From positions 7,242,275 through 7,306,274 of the forward strand of contig NC_134032.1 in NCBI RefSeq assembly GCF_964204645.1: DNA of 64,000 nt. Direction: 5' to 3'. The stretch is from Tubulanus polymorphus. Lineage: Eukaryota; Animalia; Nemertea. Position numbers and translations under genes: made by a program. Positions within the stretch are counted from its first letter, which is position 1. Every line of letters begins with the position of its first letter. Below are positions 14,346 to 26,469 of the stretch, piece by piece. The notes under the pieces are model-generated. The model ran no database searches and was not told where the DNA came from. It worked only from the letters and a program-made list of their open reading frames with translations.

Positions 14346-15384
14346 CAAAATCATTGTTTTCTCGAGTCATTTTAGTTTTGTCGTTTTGTCGTAATGTCGC
14401 CCTCATTTGCATATTCGTGTTTTTGTATCTTATCAGCCACCATACTAAAGCTTTAAGGTCGCGTAAAACTCGATAAACACTTCAAGCGACATAGCGAACG
14501 ATCTCCTTTCCCCCACCGCGAACGCTTACTCCGAATGTCAAGTGTGAGTCCAGCATACGGATAGGAGTGTGTTATATACTTGTATTTAGTAAATACCTTG
14601 TGGATTTGACAATGATCGGTATGTACTGTAGGAAATATAGAGTATTGATGGTATTGATACAGAGGCCCGCGGCCGAATAAAGTAATATATCCTTTTATTT
14701 TGATACCTCGTCGACATAACAGCTTTTCTCCGCTATATCTCCTCGGCGTGTTTAGTTTAGGCCTACGACTCCCCGGTACACTTATGATCTATCTTAGTAA
14801 AAACACGGTAAATTGGGTAAAGAAAAATAGGTATTGCTAAATTAACTGCTTGACGCCCGCAGCCAAATGACTGGTAGTAATAAATTAATTTGTACTCGAT
14901 TTGATTCTCAGAATGAGGAGAAACTCGCAGCTGATTCCCGGAACGACGATGTAGTGACACACGTCGATTTGTCGATGTTTACGGCTCGACAGTGCTTTTA
15001 AAATCTAAAGTAGTAAATTTCCTGTGTATTGGTATTATAATTTGATGAGGAAAATGGGTTATTGTTAAAATTAGTTTTTAAAAACCGCGACAGAATGTGC
15101 AATCTTTCGGTAATAAATTTGTTAATTTATGCTTGAATTGATAATCGATGTGACAAGAAACGTGCGGTAGATTTCGGAAAGACGACTTAGAAAAACATGT
15201 CGGCTCTTTGAATGGGCTCAATTTTCGATGTTTACGGCCCGACAGTGCTTTTGTAACGTTGATTCTTCAAAATTTGCACGGAGTAATTGTAGATTGAAGT
15301 GAGCTGAATGATATCAGACGGATTGTATCGGCAACAGCGGTAATGTAAAAAAGCCTATGTACTTTTGACAAAAAATGTGTGGAA

Positions 15385-15385
<1 letters not shown>

Positions 15386-15436
<51 letters not shown>
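15386..15436. repeat. (AAT)n microsatellite in HINE copy A
   Basis: Perfect aat repeats. Confidence 0.95.
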
Positions 15437-15437
<1 letters not shown>

Positions 15438-15489
15438 GAAACACGTGAATATCAATAGGGTTTTCTGTGATGTAACAGAAAACCCTAAT

Positions 15490-17735
15490 TAGGGTTTTCT
15501 GTTACATCACAGAAAACCCTATTGAGATTCGCGTGTTTCTTCTTATTATTATTTTATGTCACACTATTTTCACTAAAAGAACTAAGGCTTTGTTACCTTG
15601 CCGCTGTTGTCGATACAATCCGTATGATATCGTTCAGCTCACTGAGATCTACAAATACTCCGCGTGTTTTTTCACGAATCATCGTTATAAAAGCACTGTC
15701 GGGCCGTAAACATCGATAATTTAGCCCCATTCAATGGGGCGACATGTTTTTCGAGTCGTCATCCCGAAATCAACCCGCAGGCCGATTGTCACTTCGATTA
15801 TTAATTCAAGTATAAATGAACTAATTTATTGCCGCAGATTTCACATTCAGCCGCGGTCTTCAAACAGTAATTTTAACAATAGCCCATTTTCCTCATCAAA
15901 TCATATTACCGATACACAGGAAATTTACTATTTTAGATTTTAAAAGCACTGTCGAGCCGTAAACATCGACGAATCGACGTGTGTCACTATATCGTCGTTC
16001 CGGGGATCAGCTGCGAGTTTCTCCTCATCATGAGAATCAAATCGAGTACAAATTAATTTATTACTACCAGTGATTTGGCTTTTACTGTCTCAAACAAACA
16101 TAGTATAATTGTTGCGTTTATTAACGGACTCATTGGATTGAACTTCAAAACAAAATTAACGATATTTAGGAGGGTTGTTATTCAATAGGCCTACGACCAA
16201 TCTGTCCGGATGTTAGGCCTACGCATATACATATGCCTACATAGGCTAGTAGCCTCTGCTAGGTTAATGCTAAGTTCACTGTAAAGGAGGAATCAGATTT
16301 ATTAAAATGCATGTTAATTAGTGATTAACTGGCTCTGGCTTGCAACAATTGCAATCACAATTATCAATTTTATTGCCAAAAATGAAGATTTTTTTGAAAA
16401 TTTCGTATGAGCATACAGCTTTATAAGCCAGACTTTTCATTTGAGTTTTTTCATCATAAATGAAACTGGTATTTTTAATTCCTAATGACTTAAGCCGGGC
16501 GTAGGTCGGCCTTGCGACGGCTTGTGACTCACTGCGACGCCATTCACTGCGACTGCCAGTGACGATTGTGTCGCAACGACTCATCGACCTACGCTCCCTT
16601 GCGATGGGTTGCGACTGTCAGCTACGCCAGTCACAAGGAGTCGCACGTGTTCTACTTACTGCGACGCTACACGACTGTCACAATCGACCTACGCGCTCTT
16701 GCGACTGGCAGAAACTAGTCGCACACAGTCGCTGACAATCGTATCGCAACCGACTTGCACAGAAACTTGCGATGCAATGCGAGGATCGCATCGCGTCTCA
16801 AGGCCGACCTACGTCCGGCTTTAAGTTACTGCGGAGCCCCAGAAATATCTTTTTTTTCGTTCAAAAGACCTTTCGCTGGAAAATTCTTTCGTCGGAACAA
16901 AATTTATTTCGTTCGAACCAATAATATTCTGTTCGATTGAACCAATTTGAAAAAATCGTTAGAACAAAGTTGAAGAAACTTTTTTTTGTCCAAACGAATG
17001 GTTTTTCGTTTAAACAATCGTTCGATCGATCAGAATCATTTTCATTTGAACAGAATTTTCTTTTCAGAACATTAAGTTTTTCGTTCGAACAAGTATATTG
17101 TAAAAAGTTTTTTTTCCGAACAAAAGTATCAAGTATTTCGTTCAATCGAACAGAATTGTTTTCATTCAAACATTCGTTTAGAAAAATTGTTTTTGCTCAA
17201 TCAAATTTTTTTGCCGGGACAAAAAAATTTTCATTTCAACAATAACATAGCTTTTTATTCGACCGCACTTTTTTGTCAGAATGAAGAAAAGTTTTGGTTC
17301 AAACAGAAAGCGTATTGTTCGATCAAACAGAATTGTTTTCATTCGAACAAGATTTTCTTGTCGGAACATTAATGGTCAAACAACGTGTTAAGGTCGTTTT
17401 GGAAATTTACTCGGTCTGGTATATTTTGGATTACTGTGTTTGTCATTTGTCAGGACATTAAACAGAAGACGACTTAGGATACTCCCTTGCGTGACTCCAC
17501 TAGTTAGACCTACTTATTCGAACATGAGGCGTTCCGTTGATTTCGGCTACAAGTTTTCGTTCAGAGATAACTTCCGAGCCATTTGAGCGACCTATCATTG
17601 ATACTGTTGTTTCCTAATAGCCTGTTTAGTATGGCTGATATTGTGCCTTATCAAATGCTTTGTCGAAATCCACCGTTGAACAGGATTTTCGAGGACTGTG
17701 CAGAAAACCCGTTATCGCTGCTTTGCAGCTATATT
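15490..17735 (+). mobile_element. Non-autonomous Helentron (HINE/DINE-1-like), copy B
   Basis: TAGGGTTTTCTG-ttacatca-CAGAAAACCCTA 5' stem; 3' CAGAAAACCC-gttatc-GCTGCTTTGCAGC-TATATT; homologous (inverted) to 12215-13295 and ~14870-15487. Confidence 0.75.
16493..16820. mobile_element. Harbinger/Tourist-like MITE with TTA TSD
   Basis: TIR AGCCGGGCGTAGGTCGGCCTT / AAGGCCGACCTACGTCCGGCT, TTA on both sides; partial copies at ~13106-13295 and ~29755-29933. Confidence 0.8.
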
Positions 17736-18109
17736 TAACTTTGTTATGCTATTACTCATTTATAAATTTGATGCTACAATGCGCGCTGGTTAAGTTATAA
17801 ACATTGATATTGTCTTCCCGCTAATTCAACATGAATTATTTATTGCCCATCTCATTCAAAAGTTCATAATTCTTACACATTTTAAAATTGTTGAAATTTT
17901 CAGGATCGATAGACATCTATATGTGATGTTATGTGCTTTTTACCGTTTTCAATTATCTTTATTAGTTTTTAAGTAATTTCTAGTCAAATTTGGACAATAC
18001 ATTTTCTCTAGTCTCATACGCGCAACTTTGTATCAGGAAATTTCAAAATTTTACTGGTTCTTTCTTTGTTAGCCATCAAAATGTAACGTAAATATGGAAA
18101 TAAGAGCAC

Positions 18110-19425
18110 TTGTTTTCGAAAATATTGGGGAAGAAAGATAAATGTTCTGTGAAAAGCTGCCAAAATAAACGAAACAAGCAGGATCATTTGTACAAGGCTC
18201 CTCGTATAAATCAATTGAAATTCCATTCGCTCCCCTGTAATGCTGCATCAAGAGAAAAATGGATAACAGCAATTCGTATTGGTGGTCGTGATTTCGTTCC
18301 AAAATCGAACGATCACATCTGCTCAAACCATTTCGATGAAACTGAACCAGATATTCCAACACTTTTATTGAAAGAAGGTGACAATCTGCCAAGACGGAAT
18401 CTAACACGGAAATATGAGCCATACAAGAAGCGGGAATATAAGAAAACCGTAATATCAACGCAAACGGAGGCAACTGAGGCCGTGGCGATCTCAACGCTAA
18501 CAGTTCAACCGAGTTCGTTATTTGAGGACATATGCAAGGAGTGCAACGTACGGTTTTTCACTGGCTTTGAGAGCCGGGGTGTGTTCGAAATGGTATTCGA
18601 ATGGCTTTTACCAGTTGCTTCAGTGATGAAATACTGGAGGAAGGATGAAAAGTTTGAACAACCTAAGACGAATAGAGGACCACAAAGAAAGTAATCTTGC
18701 GAGCAGGTGTTTTTGATGGTGGTTATGAGACTGAGACTTGGTTTGTTAGTCGAAGATCTAGGATTTCGATTTCATGTGAGGCCAGGACACATTTCAAGGG
18801 TTTTTAATACCTGGATATGTCTAATGTCGAGGGAACTATCATGGATGATTATGTGGCCAACTAAGAGAGACGTGAGGAGAGGATTGCCGGCACCGTTTGT
18901 GAAGTGGTTTCCAAACACCAGATGTATAATAGATTGTACCGAAATTTTTGTGGACGTTCCGTCCGCATTTGATATACAGGCACAGTTGTATAGTGACTAC
19001 AAACACCACTGTACGGTTAAGTTCTTGGTAGCAATGTCTCCAATGGGATTGATAAGCTATATTTCTTCTTGTTATGGAGGTCGCGTGAGTGACAAATTTA
19101 TTGTTAAAGATTGTGGCTTTCTAGATATGCTCGAGATAAACGACCAGATAATGGCAGATCGTGGTTTTAAAATTCAAGAAGAACTCATGTTAGCCAGAGC
19201 TACATTATCGATACCACCAAGACTCCAGTCTGGATCACAGCTGACATCAGATGACGTGACATCTACATCGCGAACACGAGAATCTACGTAGAAAAATGTA
19301 TTGGCAGGATCAAGAACTATCGTATGCTTACTTCAACCATTCCGATTAAAGTATTACCATTGATGGATGATATCATTATTGTTAGTTCGGCATTATGCAA
19401 TCTTCTTCCGCCTCTCTGTGACTGA
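18110..19425 (+). pseudogene. ISL2EU transposase (THAP zinc finger + HTH + DDE_Tnp_4-like); in-frame stop at 18692-94, frameshift ~19275
   Basis: CSVKSCQN..FHSLP..W..AI..HICSNHF (THAP); LMVVMRLRLGL, IIDCTE, YSDYKHHCTVK, YGGRVSD, MADRGF, CNLLPPL. Confidence 0.9.
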
Positions 19426-19533
19426 AGTTCGAAAACAAAAACTTTGACTTTTCAAATTCGCTGTGAAATAATTATTCATTTGTTTTGTGTTTGATTGATT
19501 GATAAATAACAGAATTATAAACTTGTACATAAT

Positions 19534-21677
19534 CTAACAGTAATTTAGTTTTTCTCTACAGACATCACAGTTCCAAGAAATAACAGATTGCTTGACATGA
19601 ACACAACTTGTGTGGAACCATAACTTGCAATTTGTACATTGAATGGATTCATCTTCATCCCCAGCCATTTCTCTTATTTCGACACACACTTTCTTGCAGA
19701 TTGAACAGAAAAATAGCGGCTTAAGTGTCATTGCAGGCAGAACAAAATTCACGTAGAAGTATTCTTAGTTCTCTGCCACTTTGCACCAGAAACTGCGATC
19801 AAATTCAATCTAAAAATAGAAATGTAAGCTTATACACACATTTTCTGCCAGAATCTAAGATCACACCCAAAATGTTTCTAGAGTAAATTCGTAAACGTAT
19901 AATAGCCTACCTTTTCGATAAGTAATTGGTATTGAGCGTAACCAGTCCTAATCACAAAATGCAGATTTCATTTCGTAACACGCGAGCTGGCATTGAATTT
20001 GAGTGTAATGATTATGCGTTTTCTTCAGATTTATATCCATTTTTTTTTATTGAAGATAAGGCAATCGTTCGTATGTTTGATTAATGACCGTATTGTATAC
20101 GACCAGAGGACATTTGATTTCCACCAAACTTGGTTCGCAGCAGGTGCAGAATGTCTTATTATCGGGTGTAGCCCCGATGAATGGTAAATCTGAATGTACC
20201 TGAAAAGATATGGATTTTTTCATGCAAATAGCGCTGCTATCAATAAAGGTTTACGGATAAAGTCTAGTAAGACATAAAAATTGGAAATAAGTATCATTGT
20301 GCTCATTATCTTACCATAAAACCTGTCCACTTTAGCTTGAATTCTTTGTGATGAACGCTGAATCGCACAGTCATACCTTGTCGCGCATCATTTTCATGAC
20401 GAATTCCATGACGTATGGCTGGTAAGTTATCTAATGCATTATGAGCCGTGCCGTAAATGATGTCGCCCACAAGTTGCGATGTTTTAATTGGCCTCTTTTT
20501 TATAGGGACTCGGATTTGGTGTACACTATGTGAGAAATAGAGGCTGTGATCCAGCCGAGTCGTTGCTCTTTCCAAAGTCTGTTGTTGCGTTGATTCCTGG
20601 TTGCTTCTTCTATAATGCGTCTTGAAGTACTAGTGAATGGAGAATATCCGATACAGCCATAGGGATACCTGATGGTAACATTCTGTTGACTGCTTGTGAA
20701 AGATTCAACGGTAGCATTGACGGTCTGGCGAAATCATCAGTTTGGTCAACTATGCCGGTTAAGAATGCTGCATGCGGGCATACTACATGCATCCTCTCCA
20801 TTCTCCCAGCGATATCATCAGTTTGAAAAATAATTGATTTTAACTCTTATTAAAAATACTGCAATATATAAATCAATGGATAAAACGAATTTACATGTCT
20901 GTAACCTACTGGGCGTGGGTCAAATGTTTTGCACGCACTAATCTGATCACCGCTACCCAGATTGTCGCATCGAATTTTTAAGTCCCTGATCTTAACAGGC
21001 GTAATGTCTGATGCCGGTTGGTTCCAGGTGCACGGAATATCATTACAGGCGGGCGATATATTCATGGCTTCGATACTTTCATTTACTTATAAAGACATGC
21101 AGCAACATGATTACACGTTTTTGAAAATCCTGCAAGGCATGAACAACATGCAGCCAATATATCTCCGGATTTACTGAACGCAATCCACGGACATCCAGCT
21201 TATCGAACTCTCTGGGAAGGCGTAACGTCGGCGGAAATAACAGTAGCGTTGGAACACTGGCAATATATTTCATTTTTCCTACAAATCCACTCTTGAAATA
21301 TGAGTATGCCTTGCAGAGTTTATACCTTCCAACATAGTCGACGCCAAATTCTCTATTTCTAATGATAAAAGCAAATATTTTACCTAGGTCAAGGTTCGGT
21401 AGACTTTTTTCATCTGTCACCACATGCCAATGTTTTAACTCAAGTGGATCTTCGTTATTGGTGTTTTTTAGAATCTTCTCATAATCATCGGTAAGCTGTC
21501 TTTGTATATCCGCAGTTTTTAGTTTGAGAGGAACATTTTGCTCCCATGCGGCAAACGACCGCGCAACTAACTCTTCTTTTCTACCTTGAGTGGAGAGTCC
21601 TCTATTACATAAAAAGTTTCTTCAAACACTAGTGCTTGACTCTTCAAAATCTCGTATTTCTGCAAAGTCACTCATTT
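19534..21677 (-). pseudogene. ISL2EU second gene: SAP-like + SWIM + YqaJ (lambda-exonuclease-like) + PHD finger, fragmented
   Basis: RGLSTQGRKEELVAR; CSCLAGFSKTCNHVAA (SWIM); EATRNQ..LWKEQR..ITAS, HGIRHENDAR, LVEIKCP (YqaJ); CSICKK..IQCTNCKLWFHTSCV..WNCDVC (PHD). Confidence 0.8.
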
Positions 21678-22822
21678 TGATCCAAATGATTTCTTTATTT
21701 TAATCAAGATTTCCTCTAAAAAAACGATTTTCATTGTTGAAATTGAAGTTTTTATTTTCTGATTGCTACCGCAACATTACTTAAAAACCAATAAAGATAA
21801 TTGAAAACGGTAAAAAGCACATAACATTACATATAGATGTCCATCGATCCTGAAATTTCAAAAATGTCGATTAAAATTTGTAAGAATTACGAACTTTTGA
21901 ATGAGGTGGGCAATAATTCAAGTTGAATTAGCGGGAAGACAATACCAATAGAAACTCAACCAGCGCACATTGTTGCGTCAAATTTATGAATGAGTAATAG
22001 CATAACAAAGTTAATTATCAGCTGAGATCATCGATATTTTCACTTTGTTTCTATCTCAATCCAGAGATATGAACGAAATAAGAAAATTAAACGGGGCAAA
22101 AATAGGGACAAAAAATTCAACGATGCGGACCCGGCAGGTACCCAAAAATGGCACCTGGAAACTGTAAAAAGTCTTATTGTTGTGTGTCAGATAAATCAGT
22201 TTGACAAAATATATTAAATATGGTGTTGTTGTGTGTGAAATTGGACACAGGCACCCAAGATCATTCTGTCCGCCGTAGTACTTCGTGTCAATCACCCAAA
22301 TAGATTCAAGGCATGTCGAAGACTGAAAGACATTTTTGACAATGTTTTCATTCAGTGAGAGTACATGTAGTTGTGATCACGATAGGTAGAACACAATATC
22401 CGTGTTGACGCGATGAGGAGAGAATCCCACAATGATAATAAAAAGTCCGAAAATGAAACTTCGAGATAGTAGTTTATTTCAACGTTTCGACTATATCCTA
22501 ATAATCATCTTCAGGAATAATGAGAAATTATGAGATATATATACAATCCAGAGACAAAGAGACTAATTCAAGTAATCAGAGATGATACAAACTAAAGGAA
22601 AATTAACGTAGAAACAGTTACACGCTAAAATAGATTAAAGGGAAGCAAACTAAGGGGTGATTATAAACAACAATAGTGAGTATAAATATAAATGAAACTT
22701 AAAGTCAGTAGTAAAAAGAAAGACAAACTAGGGGGCACTTAAATTAAAACAAAGGTGAATACAAGTTAAGTCAGAGACGAAATTGATGAGAGAACAAATA
22801 ACAAATAATCAAAGGGAAAATC

Positions 22823-24502
22823 AAGTGTTGAGTTTAGCCAGTTTACTGAGGAATTTTGATATAAGTTTATTATGGGGTGAAAAACCATTGTTAAGGTTTA
22901 CAACGTTGTTCGAATTTTCAATAATTAATGCAGATTCCAAATTATATGTCTTCTAGTTTTATCGCTGCAAGGGTAAATTAATTCAGCATTAGCAAAATCA
23001 AAATTGTGTGAAGTCTGAAAAACATGACTAGCAACTCCGCTTTCAGGTTTAAAGTTTTTTACATCTAATTTATGCTCTTTTATGCGTTGATTAAGATTCC
23101 GACCTGTTTCTCCTAGATATACTTTGTCGCAAACTTTACAAGGTATTTTATAAATTCCACAGTTTAGGGATTCGGTTTTCGGTTTGTTGTTAATCAATAT
23201 GTTACTAAGTTTATTATTGTATTTAAAGATAAGTTGTTTATTTAGTGACCGAAGAGAAACTTTAGAATTCTCGAGGAAAGGTACATACGGTACAATGATA
23301 GGCTGTTTATCGGTAGCCAGCGTAGGAGTTCTAAGGTTGTTATTTCTAAAATGCGTAGTACGAGCTTTAAGTAGAGCTTTTTTCAATAGGAAATCGGGGT
23401 AGGCAAGTTTTTTGAGAGATTGGTTAATATGGTGAATTTCATCGGGTAGAAATGAGGGGTCGCAAATTCTCAAAGCGCGAAGAAATAATCCTTGAGCTAA
23501 ACCGAGTTTAATATCCGGAGAAGTAAAAGAGAAGTAATGGAGGTAGGATTCAGCGTTGGTAGGTTTCCTATAAACCGCGAATTTCAAAAAGGATCCACAG
23601 TTAAAAATCAAAACATCCAGAAAAGGTATTTTACTATTAGATTCCCATTCATACGTAAAAGCCAGAGACGGGTAAAGGGAGTTTAAATATATAAGAAAGT
23701 TATCAACATTGAAGTCAAAGGGAACCAAAGCCAGAACATCGTCAACATATCTGAGCCAGATTTTAGGGTGAATATCAGTGTAAAGTGGCAATATTTCAGA
23801 TTCAACGTGTTCTAGGAATAAATTAGCTAGAATAGGACTAAGAGGATTTCCCATAGCGATACCGAATGTCTGTTCGTAAAAACAATTGTTGAATTCAAAA
23901 AAGGAGTCCGTCGTACAAATAGAGATAAGGTCGATGATACAATCCGTAGGAATGCCGAAGTTAATGTTAAGTGATGGTAATCAGCGTTTTAAGAAATCAA
24001 GAGTAGGTCCAAGAGGAACATTGGTAAAAAGGGAAGTAACATCAAATGATATAAATTTGTCGTTGCCAGGGATAATATTCTTAATACGTTCAAGTAAGTG
24101 TTGATTATGGCGAAGGTGCGACGGAGAGAACGAACCGAGCACCGGAGATAAATGTTTGGCGAGAAATTTAGATAACCGGTATGTAGGAGAATTACAATTG
24201 GAGACTATAGGGCGCAGTGGAACATTATCTTTATGAATTTTAGGCAATCCATAGATATATGGTAAAGAGGGAAGACGTGAATGGAACTTATTCAGAGTTT
24301 CTTTAGCGGAGGGGAAACGTTTAATAATATCCGAAAGACTTCTGTTGAAATTAGCTTGCATACGAGGAAGAGGATTCGATTTAAGTTTCTTATAAACACC
24401 AGGATTATCCAAGAGAGATTGCATTTTAACATTATAATTATCCAGATCTAAAATCACAATCTTGCCACCTTTATCAGCCTTAGATATTTTAATAGTCTTC
24501 AA
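22823..24502 (-). pseudogene. Penelope RT + GIY-YIG endonuclease (in-frame stop at 23981, frameshift ~22940)
   Basis: KADKG, YGLPKIHK..PLRPIVS, SFDVTSLFTNVP, MGNPLSP, WLRYVDD, PFLDV, VYRKPT, GIYKIPC..YLGETGR..RIKEH. Confidence 0.95.
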
Positions 24503-24579
24503 CTTCCGTATTTCTTGGAGGGCGAGCCGAAATCGACGAGGTAGATATTCAAAAAGGTTCCTAAGGCTGATAATAATTA

Positions 24580-25587
24580 ATATCTAAGGCTGATAAAGGT
24601 GGCAAGATTGTGATTTTAGATCTGGATAATTATAATGTTAAAATGCAATCTCTCTTGGATAATCCTGGTGTTCATAAGAAACTTAAATCGAATCCTCTTC
24701 CTCGTATGCAAGCTAATTTCAACAGAAGTCTTTCGGATATTATTAAACGTTTCCCGTATGAATGGGAATCTAATAGTAAAATACCTTTTCTGGATGTTTT
24801 GATTTTTAACTGTGGATCCTTTTTGAAATTCGCGGTTTATAGGAAACCTACCAACGCTGAATCCTACCTCCATTACTTCTCTTTTACTTCTCCGGATATT
24901 AAACTCGGTTTAGCTCAAGGATTATTTCTTCGCGCTTTGAGAATTTGCGACCCCTCATTTCTACCCGATGAAATTCACCATATTAACCAATCTCTCAAAA
25001 AACTTGCCTACCCCGATTTCCTATTGAAAAAAGCTCTACTTAAAGCTCGTACTACGCATTTTAGAAATAACAACCTTAGAACTCCTACGTTGGCTACCGA
25101 TAAACAGCCTATCATTGTACCGTATGTACCTTTCCTCGAGAATTCTAAAGTTTCTCTTCGGTCACTAAATAAACAACTTATCTTTTAATACAATAATAAA
25201 CTTAGTAACATATTGATTAACAACAAACCGAAAACCGAATCCCTAAACTGTGGAATTTATAAAATACCTTGTAAAGTTTGCGACAAAGTATATATAGGAG
25301 AAACAGGTCGGAATCTTAATCAACGCATAAAAGAGCATAAATTAGATGTAAAAAACTTTAAACCTGAAAGCGGAGTTGCTAGTCATGTTTTTCAGACTTC
25401 ACACAATTTTGATTTTGCTAATGCTGAATTAATTTACCCTTGCAGCGATAAAACTAGAAGACATATTTTGGAATCTGCATTAATTATTGAAAATTCGAAC
25501 AACGTTGTAAACCTTAACAATGGTTTTTCACCCCATAATAAACTTATATCAAAATTCCTCTGTAAACTGGTTAAACTCAACACTTGA
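24580..25587 (+). pseudogene. Second Penelope ORF copy with the RT core deleted (IIKRFP fused to YEWES) and GIY-YIG retained
   Basis: Near-identical to the minus arm apart from the deletion and point changes. Confidence 0.9.
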
Positions 25588-25894
25588 TTTCCCCTTTGAT
25601 TATTTGTTATTTGTTCTCTCATCAATTTCGTCTCTGACTTAACTTGTATTCACCTTTGTTTTAATTTAAGTGCCCCCTAGTTTGTCTTTCTTTTTACTAC
25701 TGACTTAGAGTTTCATTTATATTTATACTCACTATTGCTGTTTATAATCACCCCTTAGTTTGCTTCCCTTTAATCTATTTTAGCGTGTAACTGTTTCTAC
25801 GATAATTTTCCTTTAGTTTGTATCATCTCCGATTACTTGAATTAGTCTCTTTGTCTCTGGATTGTATATATATCTCATAATTTCTGTAGTATCT

Positions 25895-25945
25895 CATTAT
25901 TCCTGAAGATGACTATCAGGATATAGTCGAAACGTTGAAATAAAC
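25895..25945 (+). ncRNA. Minimal type I hammerhead ribozyme motif in the Penelope pLTR (mirror copy at 22471-22520, minus strand)
   Basis: CTGAAGA-t-GACTAT-caggat-ATAGTC-GAAAC-GTT with palindromic AACGTT and ttatt/aataa closing stem; PLE pLTRs are known to carry such motifs. Confidence 0.75.
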
Positions 25946-26469
25946 TACTATCTCGAAGTTTCATTTTCGGACTTTTTATTATCATTGTGGGATTCTCTCC
26001 TCATGTAGTTGTGATTTCTCGGTGCTGGTATGAGTGAATGCTGGCAAACCTCTTTATGACACATATTACTTGCGAAAGCTGGTTACCTTAGCTTTAAAAA
26101 ACAAAGAAGGGTTGCTTCCAAATAGAAAAGTTGCCTGCTGGTCAATATTTCCAAATGAACGCTGCCTGCCGGGTCATTTTCAGGGATTTTGAAAATGAGA
26201 AACAAGGTATCATTTCTTTGCCTAAAACACTTATAAAAATAAATATCAAGTTAGAATTTACAGTTGACTACCAGTAAGATTAATTGCAGGTATACATTTT
26301 ATAATTATATAAGATAAAAAGGAAGAATTGAGTATCACTGAAGCATCCGAAGAAGAAACCACAAGGAAACGAAAAAGAAAAACTTTTGACGACTGTGTTC
26401 TTCATGGCATATAATTCTTTGAAATTCTTTGAATTTCGTCATCCATTTGTTAATAAAAATAGTTGATAA

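Larger units (their letters stand above)
12215..15487 (-). mobile_element. Non-autonomous Helentron (HINE/DINE-1-like), copy A
   Basis: On the minus strand: 5' TAGGGTTTTCTG with nearby inverted copy, (TTA)n microsatellite, 3' CAGAAAACCC subterminal repeat, GCTGC-TTT-GCAGC hairpin, CTATATT end; no TSD, T|T target. Confidence 0.75.
12047..22175 (+). mobile_element. ISL2EU (PIF/Harbinger-related) DNA transposon with ~400-bp TIRs, AT TSD and two convergent genes
   Basis: Left TIR 12047-12214 plus 17736-17977 is inverted to right TIR 21776-22175 (AAGCCTTTTTACAG...CTGTAAAAAGTCTT); AT at 12045-46 and 22176-77; THAP-DDE and YqaJ gene pair. Confidence 0.85.
22378..26001. mobile_element. Penelope-like retroelement insertion: two 5'-truncated copies in inverted, tails-out orientation within one 14-bp TSD
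   Basis: CATGTAGTTGTGAT at 22364-22377 and 26002-26015; minus arm ~22378-24545, plus arm ~24580-26001. Confidence 0.9.

Noticed and set aside
12555-17372. Many 60-160-aa ORFs in the HINE arms and satellite
   Set aside because: Translations of repetitive non-coding DNA with no domain motifs
12216-17734. Single Spy-like or foldback transposon with long TIRs and no TSD
   Set aside because: Each arm has its own Helentron-type 5' stem, subterminal repeat and 3' hairpin, and the central AT plus flanks exactly rebuild the empty site; two insertions explain it better
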